From Eledone cirrhosa (taxonomy: Eukaryota), in the NCBI GenBank assembly GCA_964016885.1, contig OZ024747.1, positions 32,364,001 through 32,428,000 of the forward strand: a DNA stretch of 64,000 nucleotides. Reading direction: 5' to 3'. This document shows, piece by piece, positions 1 to 15,000 of the stretch (positions within the stretch are counted from its first letter, which is position 1; every line of letters begins with the position of its first letter). The notes below the pieces were generated by a model. That model made no database searches and was not told the DNA's origin. It saw only the letters and a program-made list of their open reading frames with translations. A program made the position numbers and the translations under genes.

Positions 1-3000
1 TGTCTCAGACAGGGACCAGTGGCCAGTGGTCAACAGAGAGACCATCCAGAAGGACGCTGACAGGCAGATGAAATATAATGTCTCAAACAGGGACCAGTAG
101 CCAGTGGTCAATCGAAAGAACATCCAGAAGGTGGGTGACAGGCAGATGAAATATAATGTCTCAGGCAGGGAGCAGTAGCCAGTTTTCAACAGAGAGACCA
201 TCCAGAAGCTGGGTGACAGGCAGATGAAATATAATGTCTCAGACAGGGACCAGTAGCTAGTGGTCAATAGAAAGACCATCCAGTAGGTGGGTGACAGGCA
301 GATGAAATATAATGTCTCAGACAGTGACCAGTAGCCAGTGGTCAAGAGACAGACCATCCAGAAGGAGAGTGACAGGCAGATGAAATATAATGTCTCAGAC
401 ATAGAATAGAGGCCAGTGGTCAACAGAGAGACCATCCAGAAGGTGGGTGACAGGCAGAGGAAATAAAATGTCTCATACAGGGACCAGTAGCCAGTGGTCA
501 ATAGAAAGACCATCCAGAAGGTGGGTGACAGGCAGATGAAATATAATGTCTCAGACAGGGACCAGTGGCCAGTGGTCAACAGAGAGACCATCCAGAAGGT
601 GGGTGACAGGCAGATGAAATATAATGTCTCAGACAGGGACCAGTGACCAGTGGTCAATAAAGATGTCATCCAAAAGGTGGGTAACAGGCAGATGAATTAT
701 AATGTCTCAAACAGGGACCATTGGCCAGTGGTCAACAGAGAGAACATCCAGAAGGTGGTTGACAGGCAGAAGAAATATGTCTCAGACAGGGACCAGTAGC
801 CAGTGGTCAATAGAAAGACCATCCAGAAGGTGAGTGACAGGCAGATGAAATATAATGTCTCAGACAGGGACCATTAGCCAGTGGTCAACAGAGAAACCAT
901 CCAGCAGGTGGGTGACGGGCAGATGAAATATAATTTCTCAGACATGTATCAGTGTTCAGCGGTCAACAGAGAGAGCATCCAGAAGGTGGGTGACAGGCAG
1001 AGGAAATATAATGTCTCAGACAGGGATCAGTAGCCAGTGGTCAATAGAGAGACCATACAGAAGCTGGATGACTGGAAGATGAAATATAATGTCTCAGACA
1101 GCGACCAGTAGCCAGTGGTCAATAGAAAGACCATCCAGAAGGTGAGTGACAGGCAGATGAAATATAATGTCTCAGACAGGGACCATTAGCCAGTGGTCAA
1201 CAGAGAGACCATCCAGAAGGAGAGTGACAGGCAAATGAAATATAATGTCTCAGACAGGGACCAGTGGCCAGTGGTCAACAGAGATACCATCCAGAAAGAG
1301 GGTGACAGGCAGAGGAAAGATAATGTCTCAGACAGGGACCAGTAGCCAGTGGTCAACAGACAGACCATCCAGAAGGTGGGTGACAGGCAGATGAAATATA
1401 ATGTCTCAGACATGGACCAGTGGATAGTGGTCAACAGAGAGACCATCCAAAAGGTGGGTGACAGGCAGATGAAATATAATGTCTGAGACAAGGACCGGTG
1501 GCCAGTGGTCAACAGAGAGACCATCTAGAAGGAGAGTGACAGGCAGATGAAATATAATGTCTCAGACAGGGACCAGTGGCCAGTGGTCAACAGAGAGACC
1601 AGCCAGAAGGAGAGTGACAGGCAGATGAAATATAATGTCTCAGACAGGGACCAGTGGCCAGTGGTCAACAGAGATACCATCCAGAAAGAGAGTGACAGGC
1701 AGATGAAATATAATGTCTCAGGGGACAAGGACCAGTGGCCAGTGGTCAACAGAGAGGCCATCCAGAAGGTGGGTGACAGGTAGATGAAATATAATGTCTC
1801 CGACTGGGACCAGTAGCCAGTGGTCAACAGAGAGACCGTCCAGAAGGTGGATGACAGGCAGATGAAATATAATGTCTCAGACAGGGAACAGTGGCCAGTG
1901 GTCAACAGAGAGAACATCAGGAAGGTGGGTGACAGGCAGATGAAATATAACGTCTCAGACAGGGACCAGTAGACAGTGGTCAACAGAGAGACCATCCAGA
2001 AGGTGGGTGAACGGCAGATGAAACATAATGTCTCAGACAGGGAACAGTGACCAGTGGTCAATAAATATACCAACCAGATGGTGGGTGACAGGCAGAGGAA
2101 ATATACAGTCTCAGACAGCGACCAGTAGCCAGTGGTCAACAGACAGACCATCATGAAGGAGGGTGACAGGCAGATGAAATATCATGTCTCAGACAGGGAC
2201 CAGTGGCCAGTGGTCAACAGAGAGACCATCCAGGTGGGAGACAGGCAGATGAAATATAATGTCTCAGACAGGGACCAGTAGCCAGTGGTCAATAGAAAGA
2301 CCATCCAGTAGGTGGGTGACAGGCAGATGAAATATAATGTCTCAGACAGGGACCAGTAGCCAGTGGTCAACAGAGAGACCATCCAGAAGGTGGGTGACAG
2401 GCAGATGAAATATAATGTCTCCGACTGGGACCAGTAGCCAGTGGTAAACAGAGAGACCGTCCAGAAGGTGGGTGACAGGCAGATGAAATATAATGTCTCA
2501 GACAGGGAACAGTGGCCAGTGGTCAACAGAGAGACTATCAGGAAGGTGGGTGACAGGCAGATGAAATATAATGTCTCAGACAGGGACCAGTAGCCAGTGG
2601 TCAACAGAGAGACCATCCAGAAGGTGGGTGAACGGCAGATGAAACATAATGTGTCAGACAGGGAACAGTGACCAGTGGTCAATAAAGATACCAACCAGAA
2701 GGTGGGTGACAGGCAGAGGAAATATACTGTCTCAGACAGCGACCAGTAGCCAGTGGTAAACAGACAGACCATCATGAAGGTGGGTGACAGGCAGATGAAA
2801 TATGTCTCAGACAGGGACCAGTAGGCAGTGGTCAACAGAGAGACCATCCAGAAGGTGGGTGACAGGCAGATGAAATATAATGTCTCAGACAGGGACCAGT
2901 AACCAGTGGTTAATAGAGATACCATCCAGAAGGTGGGTGACATGCAGATGAAATATAATGTCTCAGGCAGGGACCAGTAGCCAGTGGTCAACAGAGAGAC

Positions 3001-6000
3001 CATCAAGAAGGAGGTTGACAGGCAGATGAAATATAATGTCTCAGACATGGACCAGTGGCCAGTGGTCAACAGAGAGAACATCCAGAACGTGGGTGACAGG
3101 CAAATGAAATATAATGTCTCAGACAGGGACCAGTGGCCAGTGGTCAACAGAGATACCATCCAGAAAGAGGGTGACAGGCAGAGGAAAGATAATGTCTCAG
3201 ATAGGGACCAGTAGCCAGTGGTCAACAGACAGACCATCCAGAAGGTGGGTGACAGGCAGATGAAATATAATGTCTCAGACATGGACCAGTGGATAGTGGT
3301 CAACAGAGAGACCATCCAAAAGGTGGGTGACAGGCAGATGAAATATAATGTCTGAGACAAGGACCGGTGGCCAGTGCTCAACAGAGAGACCATCTAGAAG
3401 GAGAGTGACAGGCAGATGAAATATAATGTCTCAGACAGGGACCAGTGGCCAGTGGTCAACAGAGAGACCAGCCAGAAGGAGAGTGACAGGCAGATGAAAT
3501 ATAATGTCTCAGACAGGGACCAGTGGCCAGTGGTCAACAGAGATACCATCCAGAAAGAGAGTGACAGGCAGATGAAATATAATGTCTCAGGGGACAAGGA
3601 CCAGTGGCCAGTGGTCAACAGAGAGGCCATCCAGAAGGTGGGTGACAGGTAGATGAAATATAATGTCTCCGACTGGGACCAGTAGCCAGTGGTCAACAGA
3701 GAGACCGTCCAGAAGGTGGATGACAGGCAGATGAAATATAATGTCTCAGACAGGGAACAGTGGCCAGTGGTCAACAGAGAGAACATCAGGAAGGTGGGTG
3801 ACAGGCAGATGAAATATAACGTCTCAGACAGGGACCAGTAGACAGTGGTCAACAGAGAGACCATCCAGAAGGTGGGTGAACGGCAGATGAAACATAATGT
3901 CTCAGACAGGGAACAGTGACCAGTGGTCAATAAATATACCAACCAGATGGTGGGTGACAGGCAGAGGAAATATACTGTCTCAGACAGCGACCAGTAGCCA
4001 GTGGTCAACAGACAGACCATCATGAAGGAGGGTGACAGGCAGATGAAATATCATGTCTCAGACAGGGACCAGTGGCCAGTGTTCAACAGAGAGACCATCC
4101 AGGTGGGAGACAGGCAGATGAAATATAATGTCTCAGACAGGGACCAGTAGCCAGTGGTCAACAGAGAGACCATCCAGAAGGTTGGTGACAGGCAGATGAA
4201 ATATAATGTCTCAGACAGGGACCAGTAGCCAGTGGTCAATAGAAAGACCATCCAGTAGGTGGGTGACAGGCAGATGAAATATAATGTCTCAGACAGGGAC
4301 CAGTAGCCAGTGGTCAACAGAGAGACCATCCAGAAGGTGGGTGACAGGCAGATGAAATATAATGTCTCCGACTGGGACCAGTAGCCAGTGGTAAACAGAG
4401 AGACCGTCCAGAAGGTGGGTGACAGGCAGATGAAATATAATGTCTCAGACAGGGAACAGTGGCCAGTGGTCAACAGAGAGACCATCCAAAAGGTGGGTGA
4501 CAGGCAGATGAAATATAATGTCTGAGACAAGGACCGGTGGCCAGTGCTCAACAGAGAGACCATCTAGAAGGAAAGTGACAGGCAGATGAAATATAATGTC
4601 TCAGACAGGGACCAGTGGCCAGTGGTCAACAGAGAGACCAGCCAGAAGGAGAGTGACAGGCAGATGAAATATAATGTCGCAGACAGGGACCAGTGGCGAA
4701 TGGTCATCAGAGAGACCATCCAGAAGGAGGGTGACAGGCAGATGAATTATAATGTCTCAGACAGGGACCAGTGGCCAGTTGTCAACAGAGAGACCATCCA
4801 GAATGAGGGTGACAGGCAGATGAAATATAATGTCTCAGACAGGGACCAGTGGCCAGTGGTCAACAGAGAGACCATCCAGAAGGACGGTGACAGGCAGATG
4901 AAATATAATGTCTCAGACAGGGACCAGTGACCAGTGGCCAATAAAGATACCATCCTGAAGGTGGGTAACAGGCAGATGAAATATAATGTCTCAAACAGGG
5001 ACCAGTGGCCAGTGGTCAACAGAGAGACCATCTAGAAGGTGGGTGACAGGCAGAGGAAATATAATGTCTCAGACAGGGACCAGTAGCCAGTGGTCAATAG
5101 AAAGAACATCCAGAAGGTGGGTGACAGGCAGATGAAATATAATGTCTCAGACAGGGACCAGTAGCCAGTGGTCAATAGAAAGACCATCCAGTAGGTGGGT
5201 GACAGGCAAACTAAATATAATGTCTCAGACAGGGACCAGCAGCCAGTGGTCAACAGACAGACCATCCAGAAGGAGAGTGACAGTCAGATGAAATATAACG
5301 TCTCAGACATAGAATAGTGGCCAGTGGTCAACAGAGAGACCATCCAGAAGGTGCGTGACAGGCAGATGGAATATAATGTCTGAGACAAGGACCAGTAGCC
5401 AGTGGTCAACAGAGAGACCATCCAGAAGGTGGGTGAGAGGGAGATGAAATATCATGTCTCAGAGAGGGGCCAGTGGCCAGTGGTTAATAGAGATACCATC
5501 CAGAAGGTGGGTGACACGCAGATGAAATATAGTGTCTCAGAGAGGGACCAGTAGCCAGAGGTCAACAGACAGACCATCCAGAAGGAGAGTGACAGGCAGA
5601 TGAAATATAATGTCTCAGACAGGGACCATTGGCCAGTTCTCAACAGAGAGACCATCCAGAAGGTTCGTGACAGGCAGATGAAATATAATGTCTCAGAGAG
5701 GGACCAATGGCAAGTGGTCAACAGAGAGACCATCCAGAAGGTGGGTGACAGGCAGATGAAACATGATGTCTCAGACAGGGACCAGTGGCCAGTGATCAAC
5801 AGAGAGACCATCCAGAAGGTGGGTGACAGGCAGAGGAAATAGAACGTCTCAGACAGGGACCAATGGCCAGTGGTCATTAGAGAGACCATCCAGAAGGTGG
5901 CTGACAGGCAGATGAAATATAATGTCTCAGACAGGGACCAGCGGCCAGTGGTCAACAGAAAGACCATCCAGAAGGACGGTGACAGGCAGATGAAATATAA

Positions 6001-9000
6001 TGTCTCAGGGGACAAGGACCAGTGACCAGTGGTCAATAAAGATACCAGTCAGAAGGTGGGTAAAAGGCAGATGAAATATAATGTCTCAAACAGGGACGAG
6101 TAGCCAGTGGTCAACAGAGAGACCATCCAAAAGGTGGGTGACAGGCAGAGGAAATATAATGTCTCAGACAGGGACCAGTAACCAGTGGTCAATAGAAAGA
6201 CACTCCAGAAGGTGGGTGACAGGCAGATGAAATATAATGTCTCAGACAGGGACCTTTAGCCAGTGGTCAACAGAGAGACCATCCAGATGGTGGGTGACAG
6301 GCAGATGAAATATAATGTCTCAGACAGGTATCGGTGGCCAGCTGTCAACAGAGAGACCATCCAGAAGGTGGATGACAGGCAGAGGAAATATAATGTCTCA
6401 GACAGGGACCAGTGGCCAGTGGTCAACGGAAAGACCATCCAGAAGGAGAGTGACAGGCAGATGAAAAATGATGTCTCAGACAGGGACCAGTGGCCAGTGA
6501 TCAACACAGAGACCACCTAGAAGGTGGGTGAGAGGACGATGAAATATCATGTCTCAGACATGGACCAGTAGCCAGTGGTCAATAGAGATACCCTCCAGAA
6601 GGTGGGTGACACGCAGATGAAATATAATGTCTCAGACAGGGACCAGTGGCCAGTGGTCAACAGAGAGACCATCCAGAAGGTGGGTGAGAGGGAGATGAAA
6701 TATCATGTCTCAGACAGGGACCAGTAGCCAGTGGTTAATAGAGATACCATCCAGAAGGAGAGTGACAGGCAGATGAAATATAATGTCTCAGAGAAGGACC
6801 AATGGCAAGTGGTCAACAGAGAGACCATCCAGAAGGTGGGTGACAGGCAGATGAAATATGATGTCTCAGACAGGGACCAGTGGCCAGTGATCAACACAGA
6901 GACCATCCAGAAGGTGGGTGACAGGCAGAGGAAATAGAACGTCTCAGACAGGGACCAATGACCAGTGGTCAATAGAGAGACCATCTAGAAGGTGGCTGAC
7001 AGGCAGATGAAATATAATGTCTCAGACAGGGACCAGTGGCCAGTGGTCAACAGAGAGACCATCCAGAAGGACGGTGACAGGCAGATGAAATATAATGTCT
7101 CAGACAGGCACCAGTGGCCAGTGGTCAATAGAAAGTCGATCCAGAAGGTGGGTGACAGGCAGGTGAAATATAATGTCTCAGGGGACAAGGACCAGTGGCC
7201 AGTGGTCAACAGAGAGACCATGCAGAAGGTGGGTGACAGGCAGATGAAATATAATGTCTCCGACTGGGACCAGTAGCCAGTGGTCAACAGAGAGAACATC
7301 CAGAAGGTGGGTGACAGGCAGATGAAGTATAATGTCTCAAACAGGGACCAGTAGCCAGTAGGTCAACAGAAAGACCATACAGAAGGTGGGTGACAAGCAG
7401 ATGAAATGTAATGTCTCAGACAGGGAACAGTGGCCAGTGGTCAACAGAGAGACCATGCAGAAGGTGGGTGACAGGCAGATGAAATATAATGTCTCAGACA
7501 GGGACCAGTAGCCAGTGGTCAACAGAGAGACCATCCAGAAGGTGGGTGACACGCAGATGAAATAGAATGTCTCAGACAGGGACCAGTGGCCAGTGGTCAA
7601 CAGAGAGACCATCCAGAAGGTGGGCGAGAGGGAGATGAAATATAATGTCTCAGACAGGGACCAGTAGCCAGTGGTTAATAGAGATACCATTCAGAAGGTG
7701 GGTGACAGGCAGATGAAATATAATGTCTCAGACAGGGACCAGTAGCCAGTGGTCAACAGAGAGACCATCCAGAAGGTGGGTGACAGGCAGATGAAATATA
7801 ATGTCTCAGACAGGGACCAGTGGCCAGTGGTCAACAGAGAGACCATCCAGAAGGAGGGTGACAGGAATATGAAATATAATGTCTCAGACAGGAACCAGTG
7901 GCCAGTGGTCAACAGAGAGACCATCCAGAAGGACGCTGACAGGCAGATGAAATATAATGTCTCAAACAGGGACCAGTAGCCAGTGGTCAATCGAAAGAAC
8001 ATCCAGAAGGTGGGTGACAGGCAGATGAAATATAATGTCTCAGGCAGGAAGCAGTAGCCAGTTTTCAACAGAGAGACCATCCAGAAGGTGGGTGACAGGC
8101 AGATGAAATATAATGTCTCAGACAGGGACCAGTAGCTAGTGGTCAATAGAAAGACCATCCAGTAGGTGGGTGACAGGCAGATGAAATATAATGTCTCAGA
8201 CAGTGACCAGTAGCCAGTGGTCAAGAGACAGACCATCCAGAAGGAGAGTGACAGGCAGATGAAATATAATGTCTCAGACAGGGACCAGTAGCCAGTGGTC
8301 AACAGAGAGACCATCCAGAAGGTGGGTGACAGGCAGATGAAATATAATGTCTCCGACTGGGACCAGTAGCCAGTGGTAAACAGAGAGACCGTCCAGAAGG
8401 TGGGTGACAGGCAGATGAAATATAATGTCTCAGACAGGGACCAGTGGCCAGTGGTCAACAGAGAGACCATCCAGAAGGTGGGTGACAGGCAGATGAAATA
8501 TAATGTCTCAGACAGGGACCAGTGGCCAGTGGTCAACAGAGAGACCAGCCAGAAGGAGAGTGACAGGCAGATGAAATATAATGTCTCAGACAGGGACCAG
8601 TGGCCAGTGGTCAACAGAGATACCATCCAGAAAGAGAGTGACAGGCAGATGAAATATAATGTCTCAGGGGACAAGGACCAGTGGCCAGTGGTCAACAGAG
8701 AGGCCATCCAGAAGGTGGGTGACAGGTAGATGAAATATAATGTCTCCGACTGGGACCAGTAGCCAGTGGTCAACAGAGAGACCGTCCAGAAGGTGGATGA
8801 CAGGCAGATGAAATATAATGTCCCAGACAGGGAACAGTGGCCAGTGGTCAACAGAGAGAACATCAGGAAGGTGGGTGACAGGCAGATGAAATATAACGTC
8901 TCAGACAGGGACCAGTAGACAGTGGTCAACAGAGAGACCATCCAGAAGGTGGGTGAACGGCAGATGAAACATAATGTCTCAGACAGGGAACAGTGACCAG

Positions 9001-12000
9001 TGGTCAATAAATATACCAACCAGATGGTGGGTGACAGGCAGAGGAAATATACTGTCTCAGACAGCGACCAGTAGCCAGTGGTCAACAGACAGACCATCAT
9101 GAAGGAGGGTGACAGGCAGATGAAATATCATGTCTCAGACAGGGACCAGTGGCCAGTGGTCAACAGAGAGACCATCCAGGTGGGAGACAGGCAGATGAAA
9201 TATAATGTCTCAGACAGGGACCAGTAGCCAGTGGTCAACAGAGAGACCATCCAGAAGGTTGGTGACAGGCAGAAGAAATATAATGTCTCAGACAGGGACC
9301 AGTGGCCAATGGTCAACAGAGAGACCATCCAGAAGGAGGGTGACAGGCAGATGAAATATAATGTCTCAGACAGGGACCAGTGGCCAGTGGTCAACAGAGA
9401 GACCATCCAGAAGGAGGGTGACAGGAAGATGAAATATAATGTCTCAGACAGGGACCAGTGGCCAGTGGTCAACAGAGAGACCATCCAGAAGGACGCTGAC
9501 AGGCAGATGAAATATAATGTCTCAAACAGGGACCAGTAGCCAGTGGTCAATCGAAAGAACATCCAGAAGGTGGGTGACAGGCAGATGAAATATAATGTCT
9601 CAGGCAGGGAGCAGTAGCCAGTTTTCAACAGAGAGACCATCCAGAAGCTGGGTGACAGGCAGATGAAATATAATGTCTCAGACAGGGACCAGTAGCTAGT
9701 GGTCAATAGAAAGACCATCCAGTAGGTGGGTGACAGGCAGATGAAATATAATGTCTCAGACAGTGACCAGTAGCCAGTAGTCAAGAGACAGACCATCCAG
9801 AAGGAGAGTGACAGGCAGATGAAATATAATGTCTCAGACATAGAATAGAGGCCAGTGGTCAACAGCGAGACCATCCAGAAGGTGGGTGACAGGCAGAGGA
9901 AATAAAATGTCTCATACAGGGACCAGTAGCCAGTGGTCAATAGAAAGACCATCCAGAAGGTGGGTGACAGGCAGATGAAATATAATGTCTCAGACAGGGA
10001 CCAGTGGCCAGTGGTCAACAGAGAGACCATCCAGAAGGTGGGTGACAGGCAGATGAAATATAATGTCTCAGACAGGGACCAGTGACCAGTGGTCAATAAA
10101 GATGTCATCCAAAAGGTGGGTAACAGGCAGATGAATTATAATGTCTCAAACAGGGACCATTGGCCAGTGGTCAACAGAGAGAACATCCAGAAGGTGGTTG
10201 ACAGGCAGAAGAAATATGTCTCAGACAGGGACCAGTAGCCAGTGGTCAATAGAAAGACCATCCAGAAGGTGAGTGACAGGCAGATGAAATATAATGTCTC
10301 AGACAGGGACCATTAGCCAGTGGTCAACAGAGAAACCATCCAGCAGGTGGGTGACGGGCAGATGAAATATAATTTCTCAGACATGTATCAGTGTTCAGCG
10401 GTCAACAGAGAGAGCATCCAGAAGGTGGGTGACAGGCAGAGGAAATATAATGTCTCAGACAGGGATCAGTAGCCAGTGGTCAATAGAGAGACCATACAGA
10501 AGCTGGATGACTGGAAGATGAAATATAATGTCTCAGACAGCGACCAGTAGCCAGTGGTCAATAGAAAGACCATCCAGAAGGTGAGTGACAGGCAGATGAA
10601 ATATAATGTCTCAGACAGGGACCATTAGCCAGTGGTCAACAGAGAGACCATCCAGAAGGAGAGTGACAGGCAAATGAAATATAATGTCTCAGACAGGGAC
10701 CAGTGGCCAGTGGTCAACAGAGATACCATCCAGAAAGAGGGTGACAGGCAGAGGAAAGATAATGTCTCAGACAGGGACCAGTAGCCAGTGGTCAACAGAC
10801 AGACCATCCAGAAGGTGGGTGACAGGCAGATGAAATATAATGTCTCAGACATGGACCAGTGGATAGTGGTCAACAGAGAGACCATCCAAAAGGTGGGTGA
10901 CAGGCAGATGAAATATAATGTCTGAGACAAGGACCGGTGGCCAGTGGTCAACAGAGAGACCATCTAGAAGGAGAGTGACAGGCAGATGAAATATAATGTC
11001 TCAGACAGGGACCAGTGGCCAGTGGTCAACAGAGAGACCAGCCAGAAGGAGAGTGACAGGCAGATGAAATATAATGTCTCAGACAGGGACCAGTGGCCAG
11101 TGGTCAACAGAGATACCATCCAGAAAGAGAGTGACAGGCAGATGAAATATAATGTCTCAGGGGACAAGGACCAGTGGCCAGTGGTCAACAGAGAGGCCAT
11201 CCAGAAGGTGGGTGACAGGTAGATGAAATATAATGTCTCCGACTGGGACCAGTAGCCAGTGGTCAACAGAGAGACCGTCCAGAAGGTGGATGACAGGCAG
11301 ATGAAATATAATGTCTCAGACAGGGAACAGTGGCCAGTGGTCAACAGAGAGAACATCAGGAAGGTGGGTGACAGGCAGATGAAATATAACGTCTCAGACA
11401 GGGACCAGTAGACAGTGGTCAACAGAGAGACCATCCAGAAGGTGGGTGAACGGCAGATGAAACATAATGTCTCAGACAGGGAACAGTGACCAGTGGTCAA
11501 TAAATATACCAACCAGATGGTGGGTGACAGGCAGAGGAAATATACAGTCTCAGACAGCGACCAGTAGCCAGTGGTCAACAGACAGACCATCATGAAGGAG
11601 GGTGACAGGCAGATGAAATATCATGTCTCAGACAGGGACCAGTGGCCAGTGGTCAACAGAGAGACCATCCAGGTGGGAGACAGGCAGATGAAATATAATG
11701 TCTCAGACAGGGACCAGTAGCCAGTGGTCAATAGAAAGACCATCCAGTAGGTGGGTGACAGGCAGATGAAATATAATGTCTCAGACAGGGACCAGTAGCC
11801 AGTGGTCAACAGAGAGACCATCCAGAAGGTGGGTGACAGGCAGATGAAATATAATGTCTCCGACTGGGACCAGTAGCCAGTGGTAAACAGAGAGACCGTC
11901 CAGAAGGTGGGTGACAGGCAGATGAAATATAATGTCTCAGACAGGGAACAGTGGCCAGTGGTCAACAGAGAGACTATCAGGAAGGTGGGTGACAGGCAGA

Positions 12001-15000
12001 TGAAATATAATGTCTCAGACAGGGACCAGTAGCCAGTGGTCAACAGAGAGACCATCCAGAAGGTGGGTGAACGGCAGATGAAACATAATGTGTCAGACAG
12101 GGAACAGTGACCAGTGGTCAATAAAGATACCAACCAGAAGGTGGGTGACAGGCAGAGGAAATATACTGTCTCAGACAGCGACCAGTAGCCAGTGGTAAAC
12201 AGACAGACCATCATGAAGGTGGGTGACAGGCAGATGAAATATGTCTCAGACAGGGACCAGTAGGCAGTGGTCAACAGAGAGACCATCCAGAAGGTGGGTG
12301 ACAGGCAGATGAAATATAATGTCTCAGACAGGGACCAGTAACCAGTGGTTAATAGAGATACCATCCAGAAGGTGGGTGACATGCAGATGAAATATAATGT
12401 CTCAGGCAGGGACCAGTAGCCAGTGGTCAACAGAGAGACCATCAAGAAGGAGGTTGACAGGCAGATGAAATATAATGTCTCAGACATGGACCAGTGGCCA
12501 GTGGTCAACAGAGAGAACATCCAGAACGTGGGTGACAGGCAAATGAAATATAATGTCTCAGACAGGGACCAGTGGCCAGTGGTCAACAGAGATACCATCC
12601 AGAAAGAGGGTGACAGGCAGAGGAAAGATAATGTCTCAGATAGGGACCAGTAGCCAGTGGTCAACAGACAGACCATCCAGAAGGTGGGTGACAGGCAGAT
12701 GAAATATAATGTCTCAGACATGGACCAGTGGATAGTGGTCAACAGAGAGACCATCCAAAAGGTGGGTGACAGGCAGATGAAATATAATGTCTGAGACAAG
12801 GACCGGTGGCCAGTGCTCAACAGAGAGACCATCTAGAAGGAGAGTGACAGGCAGATGAAATATAATGTCTCAGACAGGGACCAGTGGCCAGTGGTCAACA
12901 GAGAGACCAGCCAGAAGGAGAGTGACAGGCAGATGAAATATAATGTCTCAGACAGGGACCAGTGGCCAGTGGTCAACAGAGATACCATCCAGAAAGAGAG
13001 TGACAGGCAGATGAAATATAATGTCTCAGGGGACAAGGACCAGTGGCCAGTGGTCAACAGAGAGGCCATCCAGAAGGTGGGTGACATGCAGATGAAATAT
13101 AATGTCTCAGGCAGGGACCAGTAGCCAGTGGTCAACAGAGAGACCATCAAGAAGGAGAGTGACAGGCAGATGAAATATAATGTCTCAGACATGGACCAGT
13201 GGCCAGTGGTCAACAGAGAGACCATCCAGAAGGTGGGTGACAGGCAGATGAAATATAATGATTCAGACAAGGACCAGTGGCCAGTGGTCAATAGAGAGAC
13301 CATACAGAAGGTGGGTGACAGGCAGATGAAATATAATGTCTCCGACTGGGACCAGTAGCCAGTGGTCAACAGAGAGACCGTCCAGAAGGTGGGTGACAGG
13401 CAGAAAATATAATGTCTCAGACAGGGAACAGTGGCCAGTGGTCAACAGAGAGACCATCAGGAAGGTGGGTGACAGGCAGATGAAATATAATGTCTCAGAC
13501 AGGGACCAGTTGCCAGTGGTCAACAGAGAGACCATCCAGAAGGTGGGTGAACGGCAGATGAAACATAATGTCTCAGACAGGGAACAGTGACCAGTGGTCA
13601 ATAAAGATACCATCCAGAAGGTGGGTGACAGGCAGAGGAAATATACTGTCTCAGACAGCGACCAGTAGCCAGTGGTCAACAGACAGACAATCATGAAGGA
13701 GGGTGACAGGCAGATGAAATATCATGTCTCAGATAGGGACCAGTGGCTAGTGGTCAACAGAGAGACCAACCAGAAGGTGGGTGAACGGCAGATGAAACAT
13801 AATGTCTCAGACAGGGAACAGTGACCAGTGGTCAATAGAGAGACCATCCAGAAGGTGGGTGACAGACAGATGAAATATCATGTCTCAGACAGGGACCAGT
13901 AGCCAGTGGTCAACAGAGAGACCATCCAGAAGGTGGGTGACAGGCAGAGGTAATATAATGTCTCAGACACGGACCAGTAGCCAGTGGTCAATAGAAAGAA
14001 CATCCAGAAGGTGGGTGACAGGCAGATGAAATATGTCTCAGACAGGGACCAGTAGCCAGTGGTCAACAGAGAGACCATCCAGAAGGTGGGTGACAGGCAG
14101 ATGAAATATAATGTTTCAGACAGGGACCAGTAGCCAGTGGTCAATAGAAAGACCATCCAGTAGGTGGGTGACAGGCAGATGAAATATAATGTCTCAGACA
14201 GGGACCAGTAGCCAGTGGTCAACAGAGAGACCATCCAGAAGGTGGGTGACACGCAGATGAAATATAATGTCTCAGACAGGGACCAGTAGCCAGAGGTCAA
14301 CAGACAGACCATCCAGAAGGAGAGTGACAGGCAGATGAAATATAATGTCTCAGACAGGGACCAGTGGCCAGTGGTCAATAGAGAGACCATACAGAAGGTG
14401 GGTGACTGGCAGAGGAAATATAATGTCTCAGACAGCGACCAGTAGCCAGTGGTCAACAGACAGACCATCCAGAAGGAGGGTGACAGGCAGATGAAAAATC
14501 ATGTCTCAGACAGGGACCAGTAACCAGTGGTTAATAGAGATACCATCCAGAAGGTGGGTGACATGCAGATGAAATATAATGTCTCAGACAGGGACCAGTA
14601 GCCAGTGGTCAACAGAGAGACCATCAAGAAGGAGAGTGACAGGCGATGAAATATAATGTCTCAGACAGGGACCAGTGGCCAGTGGTCAACAGAGAGGCCA
14701 TCCAGAAAGAGGGTGACAGGCAGATGAAATATAATGTCTCAGACATGGACCAGTGGCCAGTGGTCAACAGAGAGACCATCCAGAACGTGGGTGACGGGCA
14801 GATGAAATATAATGTCTCAGGGGACAGGGACCAGTGGCCAGTGGTCAACAGAGAGACCATCCAGAAGGTGGGTGACAGGCAGATGAAATATAATGTCTCA
14901 GACAGAGACCAGTGGCTAGTGGTCAACAGAGAGACCATCCAAAAGGTGGGTGACAGGCAGATGAAATATAATGTCTCAGACAAGGACCAGTGGCCAGTGG

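Noticed and set aside
55-90. Satellite monomer as a hammerhead-containing satellite (cagatGAAAtataatGTC resembles the 39547-39565 HHR half)
   Set aside because: There is no CTGANGA box on either strand of the consensus and no stem II, so only a partial, possibly chance, resemblance remains.
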